Part shown: piece by piece, positions 9,045 through 18,631 of the stretch
Layout: each line of letters opens with the position of its first letter
Numbering within the stretch: position 1 is the stretch's first letter
Source of the DNA: an uncultured Planctomycetales bacterium
Lineage (GTDB): Bacteria; Omnitrophota; Gorgyraeia; Zapsychrales; JBDRMG01
Assembly (NCBI GenBank): GCA_964478715.1
Contig: CAYZIY010000006.1
Coordinates: 23,186 to 87,185 of the forward strand
DNA: 64,000 nt
Direction: 5' to 3'
Translations under genes and position numbers: made by a program
The notes under the pieces: model-generated
What the model saw: only the letters and a program-made list of their open reading frames with translations
The model's database searches: none
Told to the model about the DNA's origin: nothing

Positions 9045-10752
9045 CGGGACCTCCTTCTTTTTTCTGATTAACATGGTTCTTAAGCCTGCGAAGAAATTCT
9101 GGATGAGCCTTGTGGCCAAGCCGTAAAGACATTTTACAATTTTTCCATGCTTTTTGGTAGTTTTGTTTTTTGTAATAGGCTAAAGCCAAATTGTAGTAGG
9201 CTGTCGGAAAATCTGGATCTATTTTTGCAGCTTCCTTGAAATACGCAATTGCTTTATCCAGATCTTGTAGAAGATAGTAAGATTTTCCAATACTGTTGGG
9301 GATAAACGGATCATCAGGATCAAGGGCTTTGGCCGTCTTAAGCGTTTTTAAAGCCAGGTGAGGCTTACCTGCGTTGTTATAAGCAATTCCCAGGTTCAAA
9401 TGGATAGGCGCGTTTTGCGGAAATCTGCCGAGGCCTTGATGAAGAATCTGGACAGCGTCTTGAGGCCTCCCTTTTTCAATGTAGAGATATCCGAGATTGA
9501 CAAAAGGAAGCGCGATAGTCGTATTTTTTGCAAGAAGAGATTCCCATAATGTCTCCTCATCCTTATACCGGTTTGTTAAGTGAAATGATTTCACGGATAA
9601 AAAAGTGATCATCATTAGGCTCAGGAAAAAGCTTCCGATAGATCGATGGAAATTTCTCAAAAATAAATATCGTTTTCTTAAGCTTTCCCAGAAATAAAAA
9701 AAGAATGTTAAGAAAAAAAAGATCAAATACGGCATAGCTGGATAAGTAAAATGATCCGCGACAAAAGAAAACTTCATCCCATAAAAATTAAAAAATCCTA
9801 AAACCGGGAAGAGTGCGGCTGTCATCATAAGAAAAGATAACAAGGGCTCCCTTTTGTTGTTTTGAAATAATCTAAAGAGAACAAAGAGGATTGCCGCTAA
9901 GGCCAGCGGAAAAGCATAAGACCAGAGGTTTGTTAAATCCAAATTCCAGTGGGGATAAAAAAACAGGAATTCACCAAACGGAAAAAGAAAACGACTTGAA
10001 TAAAAAAACAGAATTTGACAAGACAGTAAGAGCCGTTGGGCAATACTAAAATCCCACTCAGGGCCGTAAGCTCCCACTCGAAATCTTTCCAGATAGACGG
10101 TATGCAAAGCCGCCACAAGACCCATAATGAGAAATGGTCCAATCCTTTTGGCATCTCGTCTAGTTGGTCTCTCTCCTTTTCGCAGGGTCACAAAGATCGG
10201 AAAAAGAATGAAATGCACAACCGCTGTCTTGCACAAGAGCGCCAGGGTGAAACAGAAAAACGAAAGAGCGTACCAGCCTGTTTTATTTTCATCATCATAT
10301 CGCATAAAACTTAAAGCGGCGCAAAAAAAGAAAAAAAGGCTAAAAATATTTTTTTGCTCCATTACCCAGCAGACCGTCTCCACCTGAAGCGGATGGCAGG
10401 AGAAAATAAGGGCGCCCAGAAATGCGAATTTCGGGAACAGCCGACGAAAAAATTCGAAACACAAAAGCGTATTGGCGATATGGAAAACAAGACTGAGGAG
10501 ATGATATCCGAGAGGATTCAGCCCCCAGAATTTTTCCTGAATCCAGAAAAAAGAAAACACCAGGGGGTAATACTGGTGTATTTTATGAGAAAACCAAATA
10601 TTTTTCAGACCCTCCAGATTTTGCAGATAAGGATTGTTGAGGATGTAGGAATCGTCATCCCAGATAAAACCATTACCGAGAGAGGATGCATAAATCAAAA
10701 GGGGCAAAAGGATCAGTATGAAAATTTTAGACTCTCGATTGAATGATAACAT
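9037..10752 (-). CDS. TMTC-like polytopic membrane protein (GT-C/DUF1736-type N-domain) with C-terminal TPR repeats
   Basis: N-terminal loop motif GNGFIWDDDSYILNNPY followed by more than 8 TM helices. The C-terminal 150 aa are TPR repeats (AYYNLALAYYKKQNYQKA). Confidence 0.6.
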   Translation of the reverse strand: MLSFNRESKIFILILLPLLIYASSLGNGFIWDDDSYILNNPYLQNLEGLKNIWFSHKIHQYYPLVFSFFWIQEKFWGLNPLGYHLLSLVFHIANTLLCFEFFRRLFPKFAFLGALIFSCHPLQVETVCWVMEQKNIFSLFFFFCAALSFMRYDDENKTGWYALSFFCFTLALLCKTAVVHFILFPIFVTLRKGERPTRRDAKRIGPFLIMGLVAALHTVYLERFRVGAYGPEWDFSIAQRLLLSCQILFFYSSRFLFPFGEFLFFYPHWNLDLTNLWSYAFPLALAAILFVLFRLFQNNKREPLLSFLMMTAALFPVLGFFNFYGMKFSFVADHFTYPAMPYLIFFFLTFFFYFWESLRKRYLFLRNFHRSIGSFFLSLMMITFLSVKSFHLTNRYKDEETLWESLLAKNTTIALPFVNLGYLYIEKGRPQDAVQILHQGLGRFPQNAPIHLNLGIAYNNAGKPHLALKTLKTAKALDPDDPFIPNSIGKSYYLLQDLDKAIAYFKEAAKIDPDFPTAYYNLALAYYKKQNYQKAWKNCKMSLRLGHKAHPEFLRRLKNHVNQKKEGGPDA

Positions 10753-10771
10753 AACGGATCCCTGTGGAGAA

Positions 10772-12451
10772 TCAGGGCGTTAGCAGCCCTTGTGCCAGCA
10801 GGATCCCCAGGACTAAAATGATCACCGCGCTCAAGATCATATAGACTTGATCATCTTTTCTGGGGTTAAGATCATGGACTTTTGTCTTTGCCCACTGGTC
10901 GCCCCACCTTTTTCCGAGGCGATCGAAATACATAATAAAATATTCAAAAATGGCAAGAAACGGAATGATTAAGGTCAGATTTCTTGAGAGACCCTGCAGG
11001 AAATCGATATCGTCATTATTGTCTTGAACAACTTTGAGATTGATTAGGGCTTTGCCAGGACTTCTTCCGGTAAAGGAATCTCGTAAAAGAAAATAGAGAG
11101 CAAAAATTATAATGAAGATATTCCATCGGAAAAGAACCACCAGAAAGAAATGGATGACAAAAGTCAGCATCAGATCAATCAGATAGGCGCAGACTCGCTT
11201 ATAAGCGCTCGGTTTGTGAAAAATTTTCTTTGCAGTCGGATTGATTTCTTCCTGAATGGCCGGCGTAATTTCAGGATGAGAAATATGATTTTCTGGGTTT
11301 GGAGTGAAAGCGGATTTTGATGACTTTATTATCTTGCTTTTTCTTTTTTCCGAAAAGAGCAATACGAAAGCCGTACCAAAGACGATAAATAAAAGAACGA
11401 TAATAATAAGCAGGAATACGGATCCAATGGTTTGTTCCCGGAAATTATTGCGGTTGATGTTTTGTTTGAAAGCAGGGTTCTTCTGAGCCTTGGTGGCTTT
11501 AATTTGATTCAGAAGATCTCTTTTGAAGGGCTCGTGAACTTGATACCCCAAATGTTCTGCGGTTATTAAGTCCTGATGGCTCTCGGAGAATCTTTTTTTG
11601 GCGAATAAGGCAATACTGCGACTGTAATAGGCGGGGGCATAATCAGGATCGCGGTTCAGCGACATTCGATAAAATTTGATCGCTTCATCATAATCTTCTG
11701 CCGTCAAATAAAGATTTCCGATATTGGTATAAATATCGGCCCGTTGCGGATTGATCTCAGTGACGCTCGCGTAATCATTGAGCGCCATCTCCAACTCTCC
11801 CAGAGTATAGTACACATTGCCTCTATTGAGATAGGCTTGGAGCAAAGCGGGATTAATTTCAAGAGCCCGGGTTAGATAATCGACAGCTTTTTCAAAATCC
11901 TTATTTTCAAAGGCGTGAGTTCCTTTATTGTAAAAAATCAGCGCCATATCGGGGTGGTAGTGACCTGAAATATCATAAGCTTTGAGATAATATTCCAGCG
12001 CCTGCTCCTGTTTTCCTAGAGCGGCATAGGCGGATCCTAAGCCCCTATAGGCTTGCTCGTCATCGGGATGATCCTCCAGAACAGTTTTGTAGTATTTGAT
12101 GGCAATATAGGGATCATCAAGGGAAACGCTTAGTTTGGGAGGCGGTGTCTGACGGAAATGTGTATCGGATTCCCGATTATCCTCTTGGTCAATACGATCT
12201 TTGAAATCCGATATTTTTTCGATTTCATCTCGGTAGTACTTAAGTTCAATCTCCTGAGATGTCTTGATCTTAATGAAATCCCTGTTCTGCTCTATGATCT
12301 GACCGGAAATTGTATTGCCGTTCTTTAGGGAAATAATTTCAGCAAAGATGCCGAAAGAAGGAAGCAAAAGCAAGAGTGAAAATAAAAGAAACTTCTTTAT
12401 TAAATCGCAGAATTTTTTCATGCTGGTAGCGGCGGGCGAGGCCTCGTCCAA
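10772..12451 (-). CDS. Signal peptide plus TPR-repeat protein with a C-terminal RDD-family membrane domain
   Basis: Multiple TPRs (AYRGLGSAYAALGKQEQALEYY...), a central TM helix, and a C-terminal RDD-like region (YLIDLMLTFVIHFF...RDSFTGRSPGKALINLKVV). Confidence 0.6.
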   Translation of the reverse strand: MDEASPAATSMKKFCDLIKKFLLFSLLLLLPSFGIFAEIISLKNGNTISGQIIEQNRDFIKIKTSQEIELKYYRDEIEKISDFKDRIDQEDNRESDTHFRQTPPPKLSVSLDDPYIAIKYYKTVLEDHPDDEQAYRGLGSAYAALGKQEQALEYYLKAYDISGHYHPDMALIFYNKGTHAFENKDFEKAVDYLTRALEINPALLQAYLNRGNVYYTLGELEMALNDYASVTEINPQRADIYTNIGNLYLTAEDYDEAIKFYRMSLNRDPDYAPAYYSRSIALFAKKRFSESHQDLITAEHLGYQVHEPFKRDLLNQIKATKAQKNPAFKQNINRNNFREQTIGSVFLLIIIVLLFIVFGTAFVLLFSEKRKSKIIKSSKSAFTPNPENHISHPEITPAIQEEINPTAKKIFHKPSAYKRVCAYLIDLMLTFVIHFFLVVLFRWNIFIIIFALYFLLRDSFTGRSPGKALINLKVVQDNNDDIDFLQGLSRNLTLIIPFLAIFEYFIMYFDRLGKRWGDQWAKTKVHDLNPRKDDQVYMILSAVIILVLGILLAQGLLTP

Positions 12452-12455
12452 ATAA

Positions 12456-12529
12456 TAGCGGGGGTCAGAATTGAACTGACGACGCCACGGGTATGAGCCG
12501 TGTGCTCTAACCAGCTGAGCTACCCCGCC
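12456..12529 (-). tRNA. tRNA-Met (anticodon CAU), elongator type; could alternatively be the tRNA-Ile2 lysidine substrate
   Basis: Manual cloverleaf fold. The reverse complement reads GGCGGGG-TA-GCTC-AGCTGGTTA-GAGC-A-CACGG-CTCATAC-CCGTG-GCGTC-GTCAG-TTCAATT-CTGAC-CCCCGCT-A. The 1:72 pair is G:U, positions 11:24 are C:G, and no CCA is encoded. Confidence 0.85.
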
Positions 12530-12667
12530 ATGGAATCAATCTTATTTCATCGGGCTTGCTAAAGATCTTGACCATCTATGGCTAAGTCTTTGTGATGAAA
12601 GATTTTAAGCGAATTGAGAGCAAAGATCAAGGGTTTTCTTCTAAAGTGTCAAGCCAAAGCGCAAGCC

Positions 12668-12967
12668 TTAGAGGTAAAAGATCGTATACAGCAGGATTGT
12701 GATCAAAATCAGTGAAAGGATATAGAAGTCGTTATAATAAATGAAATCTCTTATCTTCTCGGAGACGGTGTAGTCAAACCGGGTTGTTTCTTGCTCAATC
12801 TGTTCTTCGTTTCTCAAGTCAAGGACTTCGCTTCTTTTTAGACGCAAAAACTGTCCGGCTATGCGATAAGCCTGGAGCTTGCGCTGTTCGATAAAATCCA
12901 TGATTTTTTTTTCCGAAATGCCCAAAGCCTGGGCTGCTTCTCGGACAGATATAAATTGATCAGCCAT
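12668..12967 (-). CDS. Small membrane-anchored protein with an N-terminal HTH_17/excisionase-type DNA-binding domain
   Basis: N-terminus ISVREAAQALGISEKKIMDFIEQRKLQAYRIAGQFLRLKRSEVLDL. C-terminus is a hydrophobic helix (FYILSLILITILLYTIFYL). Confidence 0.55.
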   Translation of the reverse strand: MADQFISVREAAQALGISEKKIMDFIEQRKLQAYRIAGQFLRLKRSEVLDLRNEEQIEQETTRFDYTVSEKIRDFIYYNDFYILSLILITILLYTIFYL

Positions 12968-12978
12968 TTCGATGAGAC

Positions 12979-13497
12979 CTATTTAATTTTTGTGGAGGCC
13001 GCCCATTCGTCAATACGGGAGCGTTCAAACTTCCAGGCATTGCCTTCCTTTTTAGCGGGAATTTGTCCGGAATTAGCCAGCTCAATAATCGAATTTTGCT
13101 CAATCTCCAGATAACGCGCTAGTTCATCTAATTCAAGAAACTCATCCATCATTTGGCATTTTCCCTGGAAGATGGCCCCTTCAACGACATTGAGTTTGGG
13201 AGTCTGGATATTGCCGTTTAAGACCGCCGTAGGCATTAGAACAAGCATTTTGCGTGCGAGAATATCTCCCTTAACTTTTCCGGCGATAACAATATTCTCT
13301 CCATTGATATGAGCGGATACATTTGCCGTTTGACCGACGGTGAGAGTTCCGCGTGTTTCCAGAGTTCCCTCAAATTTCCCGTTAATTTTTAGATTTACGG
13401 GATCTTTAAAGGATAAGGTGCCCTGCATTTTTGCGTTGATTTCGATGACTTTTTCATGATCCTCGTTTTGACTGTTTCTGCGGTCGCGTAATGCCAT
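12979..13497 (-). CDS. Bactofilin-domain protein fused to a C-terminal HTH_17/excisionase-type domain
   Basis: Beta-helical bactofilin repeats (GTLTVGQTANVSAHINGENIVIAGKVKGDILA...VVEGAIFQGKC) followed by LDELARYLEIEQNSIIELANSGQIPAKKEGNAWKFERSRIDEW. Confidence 0.7.
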   Translation of the reverse strand: MALRDRRNSQNEDHEKVIEINAKMQGTLSFKDPVNLKINGKFEGTLETRGTLTVGQTANVSAHINGENIVIAGKVKGDILARKMLVLMPTAVLNGNIQTPKLNVVEGAIFQGKCQMMDEFLELDELARYLEIEQNSIIELANSGQIPAKKEGNAWKFERSRIDEWAASTKIK

Positions 13498-13520
13498 TTG
13501 ACCAACCTCCTTTTATGAGT

Positions 13521-13967
13521 CTATGCCAGCGATTTTTCAATGGAACGCAATCCCGTTAAAACAAAAAATACAACTAAAGCAACAAAAATGGCCGCTCGGT
13601 AATATCCCACCCCTACAGCGATTCCAATTGCGGCCGCAATCCAAAGGGTTGCTGCTGTTGTTAAACCTTTCACTCCTGAACCTCCCTGGATGATTGTTCC
13701 GGCACATAGAAAACCTATTCCCGTAATAACAGCGGCAATAATGCGCGTGGGATCGACTCTTGTTGCTATGCTACTTATATCAGAAACAAAAAAAGAAGTC
13801 AATACAATCAATGCCGCACCTAACCCTATCAGAATATGTGTTCTTAAGCCCGCGTCCTTATGCCGGATACCGCGTTCGGCTCCGATTAAACCACTTAAAA
13901 CAATGGCCAGGACAATCCGGATGACTAATACAAAAAAAGATATTTGCATGACAAAACCCTCCTTCAT
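13521..13967 (-). CDS. MgtC/SapB family membrane protein (membrane domain only)
   Basis: LSGLIGAERGIRHKDAGLRTHILIGLGAALI motif. 148 aa with four TM helices. Confidence 0.7.
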   Translation of the reverse strand: MKEGFVMQISFFVLVIRIVLAIVLSGLIGAERGIRHKDAGLRTHILIGLGAALIVLTSFFVSDISSIATRVDPTRIIAAVITGIGFLCAGTIIQGGSGVKGLTTAATLWIAAAIGIAVGVGYYRAAIFVALVVFFVLTGLRSIEKSLA

Positions 13968-13978
13968 GGTGTTGATGT

Positions 13979-14953
13979 TTAAGCAAAATGAAATCCTAAG
14001 CCGGCGATCATGGCGGCATTATCCATGCAGAGTTCGAGGTCAGGAATAAAAACATGAATTTTTCTCAATCGACATTCTTCGGTGAGCCTTTGACGCAATA
14101 GGGAATTGGCGGCTACGCCACCACCAACCAAAAGTATTTTGACATTTTTTTTCTGACACGCTTGAAGACTGTTGGCAACCAGAGATTCCACAACACAGTT
14201 TTGAAAAGCAAAACAGATATCCGCTAAAGACAACTTATTATTTCTATTTTTTTGAACAAAATAGGCCACAGCCGTTTTAATTCCGCTGAAGCTAAAGTCT
14301 AGGCTTCCGGGAAAACGGGCACATCGAAACTGAATCCGGGAAGTCCCGCCTTTTTTGGCGAGTCGGTCTATAGCCGGTCCTCCGGGATAATCCAGCCCAA
14401 GAATACGGGCTACTTTGTCGAAGGCTTCTCCGGCGGCATCATCACGGGTTTGTCCGATCAGAACCTGATGTCGAAAATCCTTTAAATAAAAAAGCGAAGA
14501 ATGCCCACCGGATGCAACCAGGCCGATAGCTGGTAGTCGAGGAGATCTTTTCTGTTTATTTATAGATTGCCTTTTCGCTGTTCTTTTTTTAAGGAAATTG
14601 GCATACAGATGAGCGTGAATGTGGTTTACATTGATGACGCGAATTCTTTGGGCGTAACCAAGGGCTCTGGCAAAAGCGGTTCCCACCAAAAGAGACCCGA
14701 TCAAGCCTGGATTATGAGTCATGGCTATGGCATGGATATTCTTTAGAGATAATCCGGATTTCCTGAGAGCCTGCTCAACGACAATGTGAATAAGCTCCAT
14801 TTGCCGACGGGAAGCAATTTCGGGTATAATCCCCCCGTATTTCCGGTGTTCTTTGATGCTTGAGGAAACGGTGTTGGATAGGATGAAGCGTCCATTTTGC
14901 ACAACGGAAGCAGCTGTTTCATCGCAAGATGTTTCGATGCCCAGAATGTTCAT
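13979..14953 (-). CDS. tsaD: tRNA N6-adenosine threonylcarbamoyltransferase
   Basis: N-terminus MNILGIETSCDETAASVV with Kae1/TsaD fold motifs. Confidence 0.9.
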   Translation of the reverse strand: MNILGIETSCDETAASVVQNGRFILSNTVSSSIKEHRKYGGIIPEIASRRQMELIHIVVEQALRKSGLSLKNIHAIAMTHNPGLIGSLLVGTAFARALGYAQRIRVINVNHIHAHLYANFLKKRTAKRQSINKQKRSPRLPAIGLVASGGHSSLFYLKDFRHQVLIGQTRDDAAGEAFDKVARILGLDYPGGPAIDRLAKKGGTSRIQFRCARFPGSLDFSFSGIKTAVAYFVQKNRNNKLSLADICFAFQNCVVESLVANSLQACQKKNVKILLVGGGVAANSLLRQRLTEECRLRKIHVFIPDLELCMDNAAMIAGLGFHFA

Positions 14954-15786
14954 TGTATTTTAAGGATTTCTTCAACGGGAACGAATTTGAACCCCTTTTT
15001 TTCATATTCCTTGATCTGTTGCGCGATAATTCTTAAGGACAAAATGCGGTCATGGGCAATACCTATGGCATAGCCTTTTTCACGGGCAATTTGCGCTAAT
15101 TGCGCAAATTGCCCGGCAATATAATCGGCATCGCTTTCGTTGTCCAGAAACACATCTCGAGAACCGTTCAAAATGCCCATCTGTTTGGCTACTTTTTGGC
15201 TGATCGAATGCTGTGTCACAAGACTGTCTACAAAAAAAAGCCCCCTCTTTTTCAATTCCCCGAGTACAATACGCATAAAGTTTTCATCTTCTGTGGCTTT
15301 TGAACCCATGTGATTATTGATTCCTTCAATATGAGGAACGCTGGATAATATCCGGCGAAGGAGTTTTTTAATTTTTTCTTTTGACATATCTGTTTTTATG
15401 ATGTAATCGTTCGGATATTTTTCATAACTTATATGCGGTTCCAACGGCAGGTGCAGCAAAACGTCCTTATTCTGTTGATGGGCGCAGGCGGCGATATCCT
15501 TGGAGTAAGGCAAATCAGGAAGAACGGAAACGGCAATGGGGGAATCAATGCCTTGTAGCTGTTCGCAATGATTTATATTATAGCCCCAATCGTCGATGAT
15601 AATCGCTATGAGTCCCTGGGTAGGAGAAATTTTTTCTTGATCAATAACGGGCGTTTTTTTTATATATTCTCTCTGCTGGTAGAGGATGAAAAGGCTCTCC
15701 AGGATAACAAGGAGAGACAGGATGATAATCGTTATCGATGAGGCACTTAACAGATTGCTTTTTCGAAGCGGTCTCCTTCTTTTCAT
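14950..15786 (-). CDS. Divergent polysaccharide deacetylase (YibQ/DUF610-like)
   Basis: TM anchor followed by IAIIIDDWGYN...NNHMGS motifs. Confidence 0.65.
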   Translation of the reverse strand: MKRRRPLRKSNLLSASSITIIILSLLVILESLFILYQQREYIKKTPVIDQEKISPTQGLIAIIIDDWGYNINHCEQLQGIDSPIAVSVLPDLPYSKDIAACAHQQNKDVLLHLPLEPHISYEKYPNDYIIKTDMSKEKIKKLLRRILSSVPHIEGINNHMGSKATEDENFMRIVLGELKKRGLFFVDSLVTQHSISQKVAKQMGILNGSRDVFLDNESDADYIAGQFAQLAQIAREKGYAIGIAHDRILSLRIIAQQIKEYEKKGFKFVPVEEILKIQ

Positions 15787-15828
15787 AATGACACATCATC
15801 GATCAGGGAAAGCCGAAATTTTCGGTTG

Positions 15829-17199
15829 TCAGCTTTCAAAATTTTGATAAACCTTCAGTCCTTTAATGATATTAATGGCGCCCTGGACCTGATTATCGTC
15901 TTTCAGTCGCTTGGAGATTATTTCTTCGCGGCGAATCTTTTCGGCTTCATTAGGGTCATCGCTTTGCTCTTCAACGGTTTTAAAAATTTCATCGGCCTTG
16001 TCGATATTTTCAACATCTTCGCCTTTGAGCAGTTCTTCGCCAATGCGATAGACTCTTTCAATCACGACATCGGGCGTGATCCCTGTTTCGTGAATGGACT
16101 GCCCCGAAGGGGTGAAATATTTACTGGTGGTTAATCTCAGACCCGCTCCGTCAGGCAACGGAATCACGGTTTGAACCGAACCTTTTCCGAAAGACTGGGT
16201 TCCGACAATAATGGCTCTCTTGTCATCTTGAAGGGCTCCTGCCAGGATTTCACTTCCGGAAGCTGACCCTTCGTTAATCAAAACAACCAGGGGCCAATTT
16301 AAGAAATTTTTATTCCTATTTTTGGACATGATTTCTGTTGTCTGAGAGGGCCGCCTTCCTTTTGTGCTGACAATGCCGGCTCCTTCAGGGAGAAGTTCTT
16401 CGGTAATATCAATGGCGACATTCAGAAGACCGCCTGGATTATTGCGCAAATCAAGGATCAGGCTGTCCGCTCCTTGATCTTTAAGTTGTTCAAGGGCTTT
16501 GACAAATTCTTGGTGCGTATCTTCTCGAAATTCTGCCAGACGAACATAGCCGATGCTTTCTTCTATAATGCGAGTATATTTGATGTCCTGAATATGAATT
16601 ACCTTGCGCGTGATTGTGAAGTCTAGCAGTTTCAAGCTTCCCTCTCTCCAGACGGTGATTGTCACATCTGTTTTGGGATCTCCCCTCAATTTCTTTACGG
16701 CATCAGCCAATGACATATCGCGGGTGATTTCGTCTTCAATTTTGACAATTCGATCTCCGGCTTGAATTCCGGCCTCCCAAGCAGGCGTATCTTCCAAAGG
16801 CGTAACAACGGTTAAAAGGCCGTCACGGATTGTGATTTCGATTCCCAGGCCGCCGAATTTTCCCTTGGTTTCTGTCTTTAACTCTATGTATTCTTCCGGT
16901 TTCATGAATTGACTATGAGGATCAAGAGACTGAAGCATTCCATTCAAAGCCCCGTAAATCAGTTCCTGAGGACTTGGCTCTTCCGCATATTCGGTTTGCA
17001 CAGTAGCCAGGGCATAGCTAAAGAGCTCGACCTGGGTATAAAGATCGCCCTTGATTTCTTCTTGTATTTCCTCGATGGTGGCTGGCTGTCGCTCGAGAAT
17101 TTCATCAGGATTGATCGTTTCATTCATCTGGCTCAAACTTATTTGAGCAGGCAAAAGAAAAAGTATGCAGATGATCCAAGCAAGAATTCGTTTACTCAT
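15829..17199 (-). CDS. ctpA: Carboxyl-terminal processing protease (S41, with PDZ domain)
   Basis: Signal peptide, PDZ region (GIQAGDRIVKIED), and an S41 catalytic region (GSASGSEILAGALQD... FGKGSVQ). Confidence 0.85.
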   Translation of the reverse strand: MSKRILAWIICILFLLPAQISLSQMNETINPDEILERQPATIEEIQEEIKGDLYTQVELFSYALATVQTEYAEEPSPQELIYGALNGMLQSLDPHSQFMKPEEYIELKTETKGKFGGLGIEITIRDGLLTVVTPLEDTPAWEAGIQAGDRIVKIEDEITRDMSLADAVKKLRGDPKTDVTITVWREGSLKLLDFTITRKVIHIQDIKYTRIIEESIGYVRLAEFREDTHQEFVKALEQLKDQGADSLILDLRNNPGGLLNVAIDITEELLPEGAGIVSTKGRRPSQTTEIMSKNRNKNFLNWPLVVLINEGSASGSEILAGALQDDKRAIIVGTQSFGKGSVQTVIPLPDGAGLRLTTSKYFTPSGQSIHETGITPDVVIERVYRIGEELLKGEDVENIDKADEIFKTVEEQSDDPNEAEKIRREEIISKRLKDDNQVQGAINIIKGLKVYQNFES

Positions 17200-18631
17200 G
17201 AGATGTCCTCCTTTGTATCATTTCGTTAATTATTTTGGGGTTGGCTTTTCCCTTTGATTTTTTCATGCACTGTCCGACTAAAAAACCTATGGCTGATTGT
17301 TTTCCACCTTTGATTTCCTCAACGATCTTCTTGTTTTCCTGAAAAACCTCTTGTATGATTTCCTCAAGACTCTCTTCATCCGAGACTTGCAAGAGATTTT
17401 TTTCCTTAATAATGACATCAATTGATTTTTGAGTGTCAATCACTTCTTTCAAAATATCTTTCGCCGCCAAGTTGCTGAGACTCCCAGATTCCACTTTTTC
17501 AATCAATTCGGTGATATTTTTGGGATCCAGGGGCATTTCAGCCATACTCATTTTTCTCTCATTCAATTCCTTGAGAATGGGTCCGTTGATCCAATGGCAG
17601 ATTTTTTTTGTGTTTTTTGAATGGGTTGTGCATTTCTCAAAAAAGTCCGCCAGACTCCGGTCTTGAATAAGAATTTGATTATCCGCATCTTCAAGTTGAT
17701 ATTGTTTGCGGAAACGATCAAATTTGTCAAAGGGTCCTTCTCCAAGAGATTGACGCAACTTTTCAATGACAGAGTCATCGGCTATAAACGGGACCAGGTC
17801 CGGCTCTGAAAAATAACGGTAATCATGGGCTTCTTCTTTGGTGCGCATCGATGCTGTGATCTGCCGAGCTTCTCTCCAGAGACGGGTTTCCTGAATAATC
17901 TTTTCGCCTGCCCGCAAAAGTCCTTGTTGCCGCGTAGTTTCATATTCCAAGGCACTTCTTACTGCTCTGAAACTATTAAGATTCTTAATCTCTGTTTTTG
18001 TTCCGAGCTTGTCTTCACCTTTGGGTCTTAAAGAAATATTGGCATCACAGCGCAGGGAACCATTTTCCATATCGCAATCAGAAATATCCAGATAAGAAAG
18101 AGTTAATTTTAAGGCGTTTAAGTAATCATAGGCTTCTTGGGGAGAGCGGATATCGGGCTGGCTGACAATCTCTAGAAGCGGGGTTCCGGTTCGGTTATAA
18201 TCAACCAAGCTGCAATTATGATCTTGATCGTGGATCAATTTACCGGCATCTTCTTCCAGATGCGCACGTAAAATGCCTATTTTTCTGGCCCTTTCATCAT
18301 GTCCGATCGTGACATATCCGTTATGGGCGACCGGCATGTCGTATTGAGATATTTGATAAGCCTTGGGTAAATCCGGATAATAATAATTCTTTCTGTCAAA
18401 TTTAATCACGGGATTAATAGAGCAGTTTAAGGCCAAGGCAGCCTTGAGGGCAAACACAAGAACTTCTTTATTAAAGACCGGCAGGCTTCCCGGCAAACCC
18501 AGGCATACGGGGCAAGTTTGAGCATTGGGGCTTGAGCCGAATTGATTGACGCACCCGCAGAAGATTTTCGTTCTTGTTTTAAACTGCAGATGAACTTCTA
18601 GGCCGATAACGATTTCGTATACTTGACTCAT
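17192..18631 (-). CDS. gatB: Asp-tRNA(Asn)/Glu-tRNA(Gln) amidotransferase subunit B
   Basis: EIVIGLEVHLQF N-terminus and full-length GatB. Confidence 0.95.
   Translation of the reverse strand: MSQVYEIVIGLEVHLQFKTRTKIFCGCVNQFGSSPNAQTCPVCLGLPGSLPVFNKEVLVFALKAALALNCSINPVIKFDRKNYYYPDLPKAYQISQYDMPVAHNGYVTIGHDERARKIGILRAHLEEDAGKLIHDQDHNCSLVDYNRTGTPLLEIVSQPDIRSPQEAYDYLNALKLTLSYLDISDCDMENGSLRCDANISLRPKGEDKLGTKTEIKNLNSFRAVRSALEYETTRQQGLLRAGEKIIQETRLWREARQITASMRTKEEAHDYRYFSEPDLVPFIADDSVIEKLRQSLGEGPFDKFDRFRKQYQLEDADNQILIQDRSLADFFEKCTTHSKNTKKICHWINGPILKELNERKMSMAEMPLDPKNITELIEKVESGSLSNLAAKDILKEVIDTQKSIDVIIKEKNLLQVSDEESLEEIIQEVFQENKKIVEEIKGGKQSAIGFLVGQCMKKSKGKANPKIINEMIQRRTSHE

Noticed and set aside
12456-12529. 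Genomic island or prophage integrated at tRNA-Met, and similarly at tRNA-Ala 44166-44238
   Set aside because: No integrase, recombinase or phage genes and no direct repeat of the tRNA 3' end were seen. The flanking genes are housekeeping or TPR membrane proteins on the same strand.
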